The notes under the pieces were generated by a model, which searched no databases, had not been told where the DNA came from, and worked only from the letters and a program-made list of their open reading frames with translations. A DNA stretch of 63,664 nucleotides, counting the filler. It is 13 parts of 13 records of this genome, joined end to end, with 100 filler letters (N's around TTAATTAATTAA, not from the genome) between each part and the next. Parts side by side here need not be neighbours in the genome. Positions count along the whole stretch, not along the records: positions 1 to 3,231 come from SRR15195285_145; positions 3,332 to 7,083 come from SRR15195285_147; positions 7,184 to 11,358 come from SRR15195285_152; 10 more parts are not named here. One strand, given 5' to 3'. Shown piece after piece: positions 1 through 11,458 of the stretch. The translations under genes were made by a program, and so were the position numbers. Positions within the stretch are counted from its first letter, which is position 1; each line of letters begins with the position of its first letter.

Positions 1-120
1 GCTACTACAGTAGACAGATCCCTTTAAGTGTGGGTCTTTCAGCGTGCACTGAGCTCACCCGCCCCCCGGCCCTCGCCCGTCGCACGTCTCTCCGTCCGTG
101 GCTCCTCCGCAGGTGCTGTG

Positions 121-1503
121 ATGTCTGTATCCGAGGACAGCGTCTCCGCCCTGAGTGCCCCGGCGGTACCAGTGCCACTTCGGGTGCACTTCTCCGACGT
201 GGTGGACAAGACATGGCCGGAACTCCGCCCGCGTTTTCTCGCCCTGCTTCCTTCACTCGCGCCGGAGGGCCAGGTTGTCGTTACGGAGGGCGTGGGGCCG
301 TGCCCGAGCGACGCGCACCTGTTCGCAGCAGGCGGCGCTGCGGTGACGGCGGCAAACCTTGGGCCGCCGGTGGAGGCGGGTAATCTGAGGGGCGTGATTC
401 TGCCTCACGCAGGCATCCCACCTGGCGCTCGGGCCACCCTGCAGATGCCGGAGTTCAGTGCAGTCCGTCTTTTCAATCTCCATCACAATGCCACGCCGAC
501 GGCCGAGATCGCCATCACACTGATGCTCGCAACGAGTCGGCGTCTTGTGCCAGCAGATCGCGAGCTGCGGAAAGGGTCCTGGGAAGGCAGAGAGATTGCG
601 ACGACCGGCGCTGTGCAGTGTGGGCTTGGGGGCACCGTGCTAGTTGTAGGGTTCGGAGCGATCGGTAAAGTCGTCGCACGGGTCTGCAGCGCACTCGGGA
701 TGACGGTTCTGACCATGCGTCGCTCCGCGACGGAGAAATCGATCACTCCAGAGGGTTACGAGCTGCATCCACCAGGCAAGGGCTCACTACATGCACTGCT
801 TCCACGGGCCACGCATCTGATGATCACGTGCCCACTGACCGACGAAACTCGCTCGATGATCGGTACGCACCATTGACGCTCCTTGCGGGCAGTCCCATGC
901 GGGTGAGCACATTCCTTACATGCTCTCTGCGCCTCCTGATCGCCATGCTTGTGTTGGACTGGGCATCATGTAGGGGCGGAGGAGCTGGCGCTACTCCCAG
1001 ACTTGGCTGTGGTCATCAATGTGGGCCGCGCAGAGGTGGTGGATGAGGATGCGATGTGGACTGCGCTGCAGCAGCCGGTGGACGGGGGCGGCTGTTCACG
1101 AGTAGCGTACGGTTCAGACGTGTGGTGGGCCGAAGGACTCCCCGCAGCCGCCGTTAAACGCGGTGCAACTGTGCAATCCACCGCACCTCTGTCCACGGCG
1201 CCGTCTTCAACCGTGGAGGAAGGTGTGCCGAAGGATGCAGTACCTGAAGCTGCATCGGGCTCTGCATCACGATTAGAGCCTGTGCCACCTACTACTGACG
1301 TATTTGACTCGGTCGAGCGAAAGTACGGGTCCAAGTATCCCATGCACGAGCTTGATAATGTAGTGATGACGCCACATTATGGTGGGGGAAGAGGCTTGCC
1401 ACGTGTTGAGCCAGCTCGAGCGAACGCCTTGGGTGAGCTTGTAAGGGCGATTGTGACAGAAAAACAATGGCCATCTGGCGCCAATCTTGAGATTGGCTAC
1501 TAG
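121..1503 (+). CDS. D-isomer-specific 2-hydroxyacid dehydrogenase family protein (2 exons; intron 863-973)
   Basis: Rossmann motif VVGFGAIG, CPLTDET, INVGR, DVW and catalytic VMTPHYGG. The intron GTACGC...TAG joins ORFs 28..876 and 949..1503 in frame (MIG|AEEL). Confidence 0.9.
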
Positions 1504-2108
1504 CTGGAGAAATGGATTTTTGTGGAGGGACGTTCGTGCAGTGCGCCACACTGATCGAGTGCGGTCAGGCGCGTAAATAATGGGAAGTGGCTCAATGTTT
1601 GTACTAGTAGACCAGCTAGACATACTCAAAGTGAAGAGCACAGCAATCACGCCACGCGTCAGCTTCAGTAGCGCCACAGCCACCACCCAAGCGCAGAACT
1701 CGAGGAGACCGCTAGTGGTGCTGCGCACTAGTAGGCCATGCGAGAGGTCAATGGACTGATGATACTGCCTGTCTATGTACTACCAGATTGCCACAGTCCA
1801 GTGATCACTGCCATATGTTCCCCTGTGCCAGCCTAACGGCTGGTATTGGTCCCGATGAGTGCCTACGTTGATGTACTTGGCTTGACTTGAAGTCCTGCCT
1901 AAACAAGCAGCAGAGATCCGAGCGCCGAGCGTGAGTGCAAGGTCGGCCGCAAAGTCTTGTAGCTGACCGGCCATTTGCCTAGGCTGTGCAAAGAGGGCCC
2001 AGTGATCTCTTGAAAGCGTAGTTGTGTGACTCAAGAAAGTTTACAATACACCCAATTTACAAGAGTACATTTCTGGCCAGCAGGCCACAACTTGCCAGGT
2101 GACTATGC

Positions 2109-3017
2109 TCAAACTTCGGTCGGATGTTGCTGACAGGTGGTGAACTTAGTCGCCGGTTGGCCGATCCACAGGACTAAGCGCATGACGCCCGGGAAGCTGA
2201 CCCGCCCTCCTTTCGCTAGTCGCGTTAGGGTGCCTCTTTGCCAACCGCCACCAACCGCTGATGCCACATCATTCCAGCTGACGCCCAACTCGACTCGTTT
2301 TCTGTCGAGCGCGGCATGTAGTGCCGCCGTGTCCCAGCGTAAAATCTGCTTCTTTGTGGAGGGCAGCGCATGCGACGCTGAGTTGGCCATCTCGATTTTA
2401 GGCACGACGAAGCTCTCTGGACTGCGATTGAGCCAGATGAGCATCTGAAGCACTCCATCTCCCTCGGCCACTCCGGATTTGTTCTGTCCAACCTTGCTCA
2501 CTGACGACACTGCAATGCGGTGCTTCCAAACGCACCCCTCGTCCTCCCGGTTGATCTGCCTCGTAGCTGCAGCCCAGCTCAGCTGACGCCTTTGCCGCTG
2601 TGCATCCAGCGCTTCGCGAAGCAATGCTACGGAGAATCCTTGGGCGTGCCCGTCGGGCTGTGAATTCACGTGCTCCACAGACCGCGGCTGCTGCCGCAGT
2701 GACGCCCCCCCGCGCTGTCGTTTGTTTCCAGAGCCTGCTGCTGAACTCGTCGCGGTGGTGGACGAAGTTTTCTCCTCGTTGACAGTCACTTCCTGGTGCT
2801 GCTTTCGTTTCCCTGGCGGCAGTGACCACGTATGCACTTTGCTAAATCCCATTGCTCGCCGGCGCAGGCCGATCTCTTTCTCCAGTCGGCCCGTCCACTC
2901 GGGGCACGGCCGTGAGTAAGGCAGCTGCGCTTGCGCCTTGAGCTCTTGCCAGGTGAGCCCACCGCTGCTGTTGCACAGCGCCACGTGTACGGCGTCTCGG
3001 AACTCCGTGTACTTCAT
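2109..3017 (-). CDS. Hypothetical protein: small N-terminal winged-helix-like domain plus two tandem XRE/HTH-like repeats
   Basis: Intronless 302-aa ATG ORF. Internal repeat ALLREALDAQRQRRQLSWAAATRQI / AALHAALDRKRVELGVSWNDVASAV, each followed by a LxW(L/I)xxxxxxF motif. Confidence 0.7.
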   Translation of the reverse strand: MKYTEFRDAVHVALCNSSGGLTWQELKAQAQLPYSRPCPEWTGRLEKEIGLRRRAMGFSKVHTWSLPPGKRKQHQEVTVNEEKTSSTTATSSAAGSGNKRQRGGASLRQQPRSVEHVNSQPDGHAQGFSVALLREALDAQRQRRQLSWAAATRQINREDEGCVWKHRIAVSSVSKVGQNKSGVAEGDGVLQMLIWLNRSPESFVVPKIEMANSASHALPSTKKQILRWDTAALHAALDRKRVELGVSWNDVASAVGGGWQRGTLTRLAKGGRVSFPGVMRLVLWIGQPATKFTTCQQHPTEV

Positions 3018-3231
3018 CTGTATTCAGGCTTCCTGCTGACGGAGGCGCCTGAAGTCCTGAGCTGAACTTTTGAACGCGAACCCTGCATGCACGCGCACGC
3101 ACGCGCGGACGACTCCGTCGCGTCCATCCGTCCGCCGGCGGCGGCGCCGACGCGCGCGCGCCGCCGCGCTGTCGCGTGTCGGTGTCGAGGACCTCAGGCG
3201 GTCACAATGTGATTCCCAGGTCGGGGTGCGC

Positions 3232-3331
3232 NNNNNNNNNNNNNNNNNNNNNNNNNNNNNNNNNNNNNNNNNNNNTTAATTAATTAANNNNNNNNNNNNN
3301 NNNNNNNNNNNNNNNNNNNNNNNNNNNNNNN
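3232..3331. other. Artificial contig spacer (44 N + TTAATTAATTAA + 44 N); also at 7084, 11359, 18200, 22567, 26565, 33187, 37401, 44506, 49810, 54591, 60304
   Basis: The identical 100-nt spacer occurs 12 times. TTAATTAATTAA places stop codons in all six frames. Confidence 0.99.
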
Positions 3332-3592
3332 GGGGCCTCGACTCGGGCGTAGCACTCATACGCCGGCGCCGGCGCATGCATGCAGCGCGCCGGCGCGTGC
3401 GTGCGTGCGCATGCGCGCATGCATGCCTCTCGCCGCGCGCGCCGGCCGCGGCACGCGCCGCGCGCGCCGGCGCGCGCGTCATACACCGACTCTCGACACT
3501 CGCTCTCGAGGTGTGAACGAACGGAACGAGCCGGCGAGACCCTCTGGTGGAGCGTCGGAGAGAGACTATCAGCAACCTTGTCCCGCCCGCCG

Positions 3593-6500
3593 ATGCCCTT
3601 CGCCGCTGCCCGATGCTTAGCTACACTTGCCGTGCTGTGGCATGTAGCTGCCAAAGCACCGCAGTCGCCACAGCCCCCGATGCTCGACATCGACTTCATC
3701 GCCAATGGCTCGGCAGCCGGTTCCTTCGACGTCAAGATTGGTGGCACCAAGTGGCTCGGGAGCGGGCCCATCCGAGTCTTCGCAGCCGGCGCATGGGCGA
3801 CCCAGCTCATGCGCACGGGTGCTACACATTATGCTGGCAGCGATGTTCTCGTATGATTCACATCTTTGTTCGTCTGCTTCTCGCTGCGACCGCTTCCATG
3901 TGCACGCTAGACTACGGGCGCGCTAGCTCCTATGCCGATCGTGCTACGCGATGCATGTCTGCGTAGGGGACTTTCACCTGCACCAACGTGTCATGGACTG
4001 GGCCATCGGGGCTGGTACTGCACACCTCGCTTCGAAAGTACACGAGCAGCGCGGTGGCTGTGTTCACGCAACAGCTTCCACACGGGGCTAACAACACGAA
4101 TGCTTCCAACCCCTTGCTACCGAGTGGCGTGCGGGTAATGGACCCAGGAAACTACCCTCCCGTGGTCTCTTTCCCCTCCTTCTCAGGCGGCGAACTGGAG
4201 TCGCTAGGGTTCGTGACGTGGCAAAGCCGGATGATCAATGTCGAGTACGGGACGAACGTCCTACAAGGACCGGGTGGGGCGAACGAGCCGCTGATCGAGG
4301 GGCGAGGTCTGCAAGGGTTGTCGACTAGCGGACCAGTGGTGCTCTTTGACACCAACTTCACCAGTCTCGTCGTGGCTCCGATGGACAACTTCAAGAGCGC
4401 AGTGCATTTCGCGCGAGACGGCCACACATGGGAAACGGGCATCACTAGTGAGCTGGCCGAGCTACCACCTAATTTTGAGCACCGCACGTTGCTGGTTGCA
4501 GGCCGGGGCATCACAGCCACAATGGATAGCTTCGGGTGCGTCTGTGTGCTCATACATACCTTGTGTACCGTCATCCGTCACTAAGCGGTACCGTGCGCTG
4601 CACGGCCCCTTACGTGCAGACAAGCGCTGCAGAAGGTGCATGGTACGAACCGTTCATATGATCGGAACGTCGAGTATCTTTCTTACTGGACTGACAATGG
4701 GGCGTGAGTAAACACAGCGTCTCAATCTGTGCACAAACGAACTGTATCTAAAGCGCCTTTGCAAAAGAAATGTACTTTGAAACGAACACGTGCTATGTGC
4801 AATCTTCGATATTTTCCCTTGCACATATTCGAATGCGTACTCTACGCAGCTATTATTCGGGTGGAGCATGGGCACCTCCGAAAGGTGGCATCGGAGGGGG
4901 CACTGTAGTGAACGAAGCAGCGTTTAAGGCGGTGGCCGCTGGGCTGAAGCAACAAGATTTGCTTGGCGCTATCAAGGTCTGGCAGCTCGACGATTGGTGC
5001 GTCCGATACAAGCGCTGTCCATTCAGATTTGAAACGACCTGCTCACCTTCCAATATGACCTGCGATTGTGTGTTGTGAGTCTGCTGGTGCCTTCTGTCTC
5101 TCATCTCGGCCTGAAATATATGACTGTATCTACAGGTGGTATCACTCCAGCGTGCCACCGGGTGGGGTCTACTCTGCCTGTGTGAAGAACTGGTCCCTGC
5201 ACGAGAACACTTTTCCCTCCGGGCTCAAGCAGCTTAGTGATGCCTTAACCGTCAAGTGGTTGCTCTACGTTCCCTTTTGGTGCCCAGACAACATCTACAG
5301 CGATTCGTTCCGCTTCTTGACGAGCTACCAGAACGAGAGCAACGCCCACCTGCGCTTCAGCGAGCCACATCCTGATGATGCCCTCCGATTCTACCGCATG
5401 CTGTTTGACTACGGAGTGGAGCATGGGATGGTTGGCTATGAGAACGACTACCTCGACTACAATTACCTTGCCATGCCCTTTCTCCGCCGGAATTACGGCA
5501 CGGCGAATAAGTGGCTCGCAAGCATCAACACCGCCGCACTCGAGCGTGACATTCCTGTACAAATCTGCATGGCGCTGCCTTCAGATGCGATGGCTAGCGT
5601 GCAGTTCAACAGCATGACCAACGTGCGCTCGTCGACGGATTATGGCATCAACGACGACCGTGACGATTCCCCGGTCCAGCCAGGGGGGCTGTTTAGCGAC
5701 AGCAACTTTAATATCGGTGGATCCAGCTTGCTCGCTTGGGCTCTGGGCTTGCGGCCGAGCAAGGACATCTTTTGGTCTTCGCGACCAACGAATTGTCATG
5801 GAAACCACACAGACATGCCTCAGACCTGTGGGCGTTGGGGAGCGCACACGAATCCCGGTTCCAACTGTGAGCTCAATGCCATCGTCGCAACCCTGTCGAC
5901 AGGACCGCTTAGCTTGGCCGACAAAGCATATAGTACAAATGAGACGATTGTGCGCCGGTGCATTCGACGCGATGGGCGCATTCTGCAGCCAGATAGACCA
6001 GCGACTGCGGTCGATAGTATGTTTGCGCAATCTGGGTCTAGGCTACCACCATCGGGTCAAGTGTGGACGACCTCGGTGACTCTGGCGGCAACAGTACCAC
6101 CAAAGAACACCAGTGCTGCTTGCAACGACACTATGGTATGGCATTACGTCCTATCTGTGGATGTGAAGACGCCGTGGCACATCCACGGCAGTGATCTCTA
6201 CCCAATGATGGTTGCTGAGAAACCTGAAGCGCAATGGGTGGCACATTCCTGGTTTCATGGCCATGGACCAACGGCATGCACACACGGCAGCCACGCTGTC
6301 GCATCCGGCTGCATCAGCAAGAGTGGCCTCATCGAGTTCGCAGCTGACATCCCACCACTACACAATAAGCGCCCGATCATGGTCGCCAACGACACGAATG
6401 CTTTCGATTTGATGGAGCTCGCACCAGTGGCAAGAAACGGCTGGGTATTGCTAGGCGAGGTAGGTCGCTACGTTCGTGTGAGCAAAGACCGCTTTGACGA

Positions 6501-6720
6501 GATCACCTTTTCGTCAGGCGAGGGCACGGAAGATGACAGTGGTGGGATCCATCTCACCTTGAGCGGGAGTGCTGGCGAGGTCACGCAAGTGACGGCCCTA
6601 CAGCCCCTGCGCCACAAAGCAGCTCGGAGTGGATTGATCGAGTGGGTGGTGCAAGTCAAAGAGGTCCAATTCAGCGGGGATCGGGCCACGGTGGTGTTTG
6701 GTGGCGGTGGCGAACGTTGA
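3593..6720 (+). CDS. Secreted TIM-barrel glycoside hydrolase-like protein (clan GH-D/GH36-like); 5 exons, introns 3851-3966, 4536-4619, 4704-4849, 4997-5135
   Basis: Signal peptide MPFAAARCLATLAVLW. Spliced motifs SYWTDNGAYY, QLDDWWY, FPSGLK, YENDY, QICM, RSSTDY, LSTGP. All four introns are GT-AG and restore the frame. Confidence 0.8.
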
Positions 6721-7236
6721 AGAGTTGGCATTCATGATATGAAATGGCATTCATGAATGCGTTATTGCAAAAATGCGCACGAGAACACTGTTGCAATCAA
6801 TCAATACATTTTTTCATGCATGCATCGTGTATCCAAGATTATTCCGAGCAAACTTGCATCAGTGCATTCTATATTCAGGTACATATTGTACACTGGGTCC
6901 ATTTTGCCTAGCAAATCAGGCTAGGCTATTTTAATTACACCGAGCTGCCGTTAGCCTAAGACACGAAGGTACGAGCCTACCCGGCCTATCGTGTAAACTT
7001 ATGATGCGCGTGTGCCGTAATGCATTTGTGGAAGATGGTGTCGGGAAGGCGAGTTGTGTGTCTTAGAAAGCATCACTGTCCATNNNNNNNNNNNNNNNNN
7101 NNNNNNNNNNNNNNNNNNNNNNNNNNNTTAATTAATTAANNNNNNNNNNNNNNNNNNNNNNNNNNNNNNNNNNNNNNNNNNNNCTGGGGGAGGGGAGGGA
7201 GATATAGACGAGGGAGGGCACGAGCCGGTGGTACGT

Positions 7237-9288
7237 ATGGGCATGAGTGGGGCGGATCGTCGGCGCAAGCTGCTGTGCAGTATGGTGTACTATTGGTGGT
7301 ACTTCGCGCTGGGGGCGACCATCTCCTCCCTCGGCTCGCTGCTGCCAGGTACATGCATATGTATCGCAGAAACGTCCCGTGCAGTGTAGACCAGCACGAT
7401 TCGTTGATCAACGCAGCGTTTTTTCATTGCCACAGTCTGTCCATCGTGCTGCTGCATGTGCCTTGATTGTCTCGCTGCTGCCCACCAGGGATCGGCCGGC
7501 AGACCGGCGCCACCCTCGAGCAGCAGAAGTACCTGGTACCACCGCGGGCGACAGGCTTTGGGCTGGGGTCCATTGTGGGAGGCTGGCTGCTGGAGCGCGC
7601 CGACGGCCACCGGATCATGGCTGCTGCGGCCGGGGCGACTACGGTCGTGAACATTGTGATGGCAATGGCGTCCTCATTCGAGCTGGTGGTGGTGATGCAG
7701 CTGTGCTACGGCCTGCTCGGGGGTGGCTCTGAAGTCGTGATCAACACGCTGACCTTGCAGTGCGCTCTCAACACCCACTGTTGTATGTTCTTGCTGCCGT
7801 ATCGGCTGTTTTTCCTGCGGCTAGTACATACCGCTCGCTCCATCATAAGCGAACGTGGCCGGTATCATAGCGCTACTATGGTACTGCAATGCCACGCTGT
7901 CGTTCCATTACGGATGCTACACAACCTCAGAGTGCACTCAGCGGCGCAACTGCAGAACTCTGCTGTTTTCTTGCCAAGCAAAAAGCGTGCTACAATGCTG
8001 ATCGCCAGCCAGATGGCATGACTCTGCGGCATGACTTTGCTAGTACTGCTGACTGATCCTCGTCCTAACTTCTACTTGGCGACGGCCTGCAGAGTGTGGG
8101 GGGCCGAAGTGGGTCCATACATGCAGTTTTTGCATGCTTGCTTTGCAATTGGAACAGTGTTCGGCCCGCTGGTCGTCGGCATCGTTCTCGATATGTAAGT
8201 ATCACACAGTCATTGCCACGGTCGTCCTCCATACTAGTACAGCTGACCAGAAATATCAGATACGCTACATGATTCATAGTCAACATTAAGCGCGCAGCTT
8301 TGTTGCTTCTGATGGTATACCATGACTCGCGCCTCTCGTGGTTGTGTGCAATTACGATGTTGTGCATTCGACTTGTACGAGGTGCTACAGGTCTGGCGGC
8401 ATGGTCGCGCCAGCATTTGTCGTCTTCTCGCTCTTCACGTTCCCTGCTGTGCCACTGGCGCTTGCGATCAAGACACCGCGGAAGGATGATGACATGGACA
8501 GCAGTAAGGAGCAGGACGACAGTGCAGCAGCTGCTAATGCCACAGCAAGCAATGCCATGCGATACACTGTAATGGTCATGTGTGCCGCCATCCTGTTCCT
8601 TGGCGTCGGCGCTGAGATAGGCTACGGGACATGGATTGCAACATATTCTCTAGACAAGCTTGGGGTGAGCGAAGTGGCTGCAGCGTACCTGTCTTCGTCC
8701 TACTACGGTGGCTTCTTGTTTGGCCGATTGGTGGCAGTCCCATTGTCTACACAGCTTTCGCCACTACAGCTGCTGTATATATCGTACGTTGGTGGCACGC
8801 TCGCGCTGCTACCCCTGGTCCCTGGCGTTCTGGAAGCAGTCGGAATCGAGCTGCAACAGACACAGACACAGCTCGAAGGTGCATCGGACGTAGGGAGTGC
8901 TGGGTTAATATCTCCCGTAGAGCTCAGCGTTGGGGTCAGCATTGGTCTCGGCGTCTTCATCGCCCCAATATTCGCAGCGTGTATGAGTGTCTCTACAGTC
9001 GCTGGTCTACCCATGACGTCAGCAATGATGTCTTTTCAAGTGTCAGGCGCGGTGCTCGGAGAGATGCTAGTTACCGTTGCCATCGGCGCCCGAATTAGTG
9101 AAGATGTCGATGAATTCGCGACCCTTAACCTCGCAGTGATGGCCTCTGGCTTGATGCTATGCCTACTTCTCTCGGCGGTCTTGGCTCGCTTGCCTGCCTC
9201 GGTGGATGCACCAGGTACTGCATCTATTCACTCAGGAAAGAAGCAGGAAGAGGACGCAGCAGCGGAACGCGAGGCACTCATTGGGTAG
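7237..9288 (+). CDS. MFS transporter (MFSD4/FucP-like); 4 exons, introns 7349-7488, 7760-8092, 8195-8390
   Basis: Multiple hydrophobic helices. Spliced VWGAEVGPYMQFLHACFAIGTVFGP, LGVGAEIGYGTWIATY and FLFGRL motifs. The start codon (7237 or 7243) is uncertain. Confidence 0.85.
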
Positions 9289-9392
9289 TAGCTGGTGTCC
9301 CTCGACAATACACTGGGACTTGAAACATAGTACCGCAAGAATGTATTCTATCAACAGGCCATCTCGACCGCCCATGTTGCTCTATTGCCAAG

Positions 9393-10752
9393 TCAGGACG
9401 GGACGGTCCAGTCGACAGGCTCGTGACCCAACTTCTCCAAAGCAACATTGCACTTGGAGAACGTCTTGCAGCCGTGCCAGTACCGCGCCGACAGGGGTGA
9501 AGGATGCGCACACTCGATCACCCTATGCTTGATCTTGTTCACGATGGTGGCTTTTTTCTTTGCGAACCCACCCCAGAGCAGGAAGACCACCCCACGCTGC
9601 GACTGTGTTGAGATCGTTCGAATGACCGCATCCGTAAAGTCCTGCCAGCCGATCTTCGCGTGCGAGTTGGCATTCCCCATTTGGACAGTCAGCGAGGCGT
9701 TGAGCAGGAAGACGCCTTGCCGTGCCCAGGCCTCCAGGTTGCCGTGCTTCGGGGCGACGAAGCCAGGGATGTCAGTCGCCAGCTCCTTGTACACTGCGCG
9801 AGCAAACGTAGACAGCAAAGTGACAGGCCGACGTACAGGCACCCAGGACGGTGTCGGTAGCAAAGGAACGGCTCGAACGAAGCGGCCATGGACGACGTAC
9901 TGTTCCTCAGCGAAGGCGGGATGGCGACTCCCTTTGCGACGGAGAAGCACAGACCGTGAGCCTGGCCTGGCCCGTGATATGGATCTTGACCGATGATGAC
10001 CACCTTGACATTTGCAAAGGGCGTGTAGTTGAACGCGCTGAAGACCTCTGCAGCAGGCGGGAAGATCTTCTTGCTACGCCGCTCCTTCGCAACGTGTTCT
10101 ACGATGCGCTTGAAGTACGGCTTGTCGATCTCCCGCGAGAGCGCAGCACGCCACCCGGGCTCGGTGAAGTGTGCAAGCATGTCGTTGGGGTCGCCACCTG
10201 CAGGCGCAGCAGGCGAGATTGGGGGAGACGCTGCAGCGGGTGCTGCCGGGGCACTCTTGTTCGGGTTCTTCATCATCAACTGCAGCGGACTGATCCGCAG
10301 GCTCGACGGAAGAAAGCTATTCAGCTGCAGCACGAGCGAGTGGTTCGCGCCGACCGATAGAGCGGCCTTTGCGCGCTCGACGGCTTCGCTCGTGTCGATG
10401 CTGCCCGAATCGTGCGCAGTGAGCACAGCCAGCCACTCGCCGTAGCGGGCCGCACCGAGCTTCTGCTCGCATCGCTCCAGGTCTGCAGCAGCGGCACGCG
10501 TGCGTTGTGTCAGCAAGACAGCGGGATCACAGCGCGGCGACAGATGGACGCGTGACGAGATGAGCATTAGCAGGCGTTCTCACACTTCGCCGCCTTCTCC
10601 CGCAATGCTGGGTTCGGTTCTGGGTCTCTCAAGATCAGCAGCGAGCCCACCGGATCCGCCGTCTTGCTCCGCTTTGACGGTGCCATCTCACCAGCAGCAT
10701 CAGCGCTGTGCTTCCGTGGGCTGCGGCGCACCTCCTCCCCCGCCGCCATCAT
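9393..10752 (-). CDS. UNG: Family-1 uracil-DNA glycosylase with an N-terminal PAH-like domain; 3 exons, introns 10483-10583 and 9794-9900
   Basis: Catalytic motifs [32 protein letters not shown] and HPSPLS. Basic N-terminal APSKRSK could be an NLS. Confidence 0.93.
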
Positions 10753-11458
10753 AGCCTCGCGAGGTACCTCTACCTGTATGCCACAGTGTGTGTCACAGTG
10801 TACCGGTTACACAGCAGCCACAGACCTGGTCCGCACGCGCGCGCGCGCGCGCGCGCGTGCTCAACACTCCCTGCGTGTACGGACACTCACGAACACTGAT
10901 CCGCGCGTGCGGTGTGCAGCTCGCGAATCCGGCACACTTTTGAACGAGAATTCTGGACCATGCATTTCAGCATCTTGGCTAGCAATATCACACTAAATAC
11001 CGGAAAAGGACCCAGCCGTTCGAACGACCATACTAGATCTAGTACTGTACAGTCGTGATGCAGTCCTGTAGATGGTCCCGCACGCAGTCAACAGTGTGGG
11101 ATGAATCCCCCATTTGGGGATTCCCTCCAGTCACTGACAGTCATAATTTGAGCATGTCAGGACTGCATCACGTTCTAGTCGCTGGGGTACCATATCGGAC
11201 AAATACCTGTGCACCTACTACCGTACTAGCTTACTTTACTGGTATTGTGAGGACGTCGTTCCCGGGCCGCCCGGATGGATCACCGGCCGCGAGGGGGGGC
11301 GGGGTAAAAAAGAGGGGGTTTAGCTGGCTGGGGCGCAGCGGCGTCACTGGGGTGGTGGNNNNNNNNNNNNNNNNNNNNNNNNNNNNNNNNNNNNNNNNNN
11401 NNTTAATTAATTAANNNNNNNNNNNNNNNNNNNNNNNNNNNNNNNNNNNNNNNNNNNN

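Noticed and set aside
3232-3331. Regularly recurring TTAATTAATTAA flanked by Ns as a biological repeat or array
   Set aside because: Identical 100-nt spacer with stops in six frames; an assembly-concatenation artefact. ORFs ending in XXX-LIN are artefacts too.
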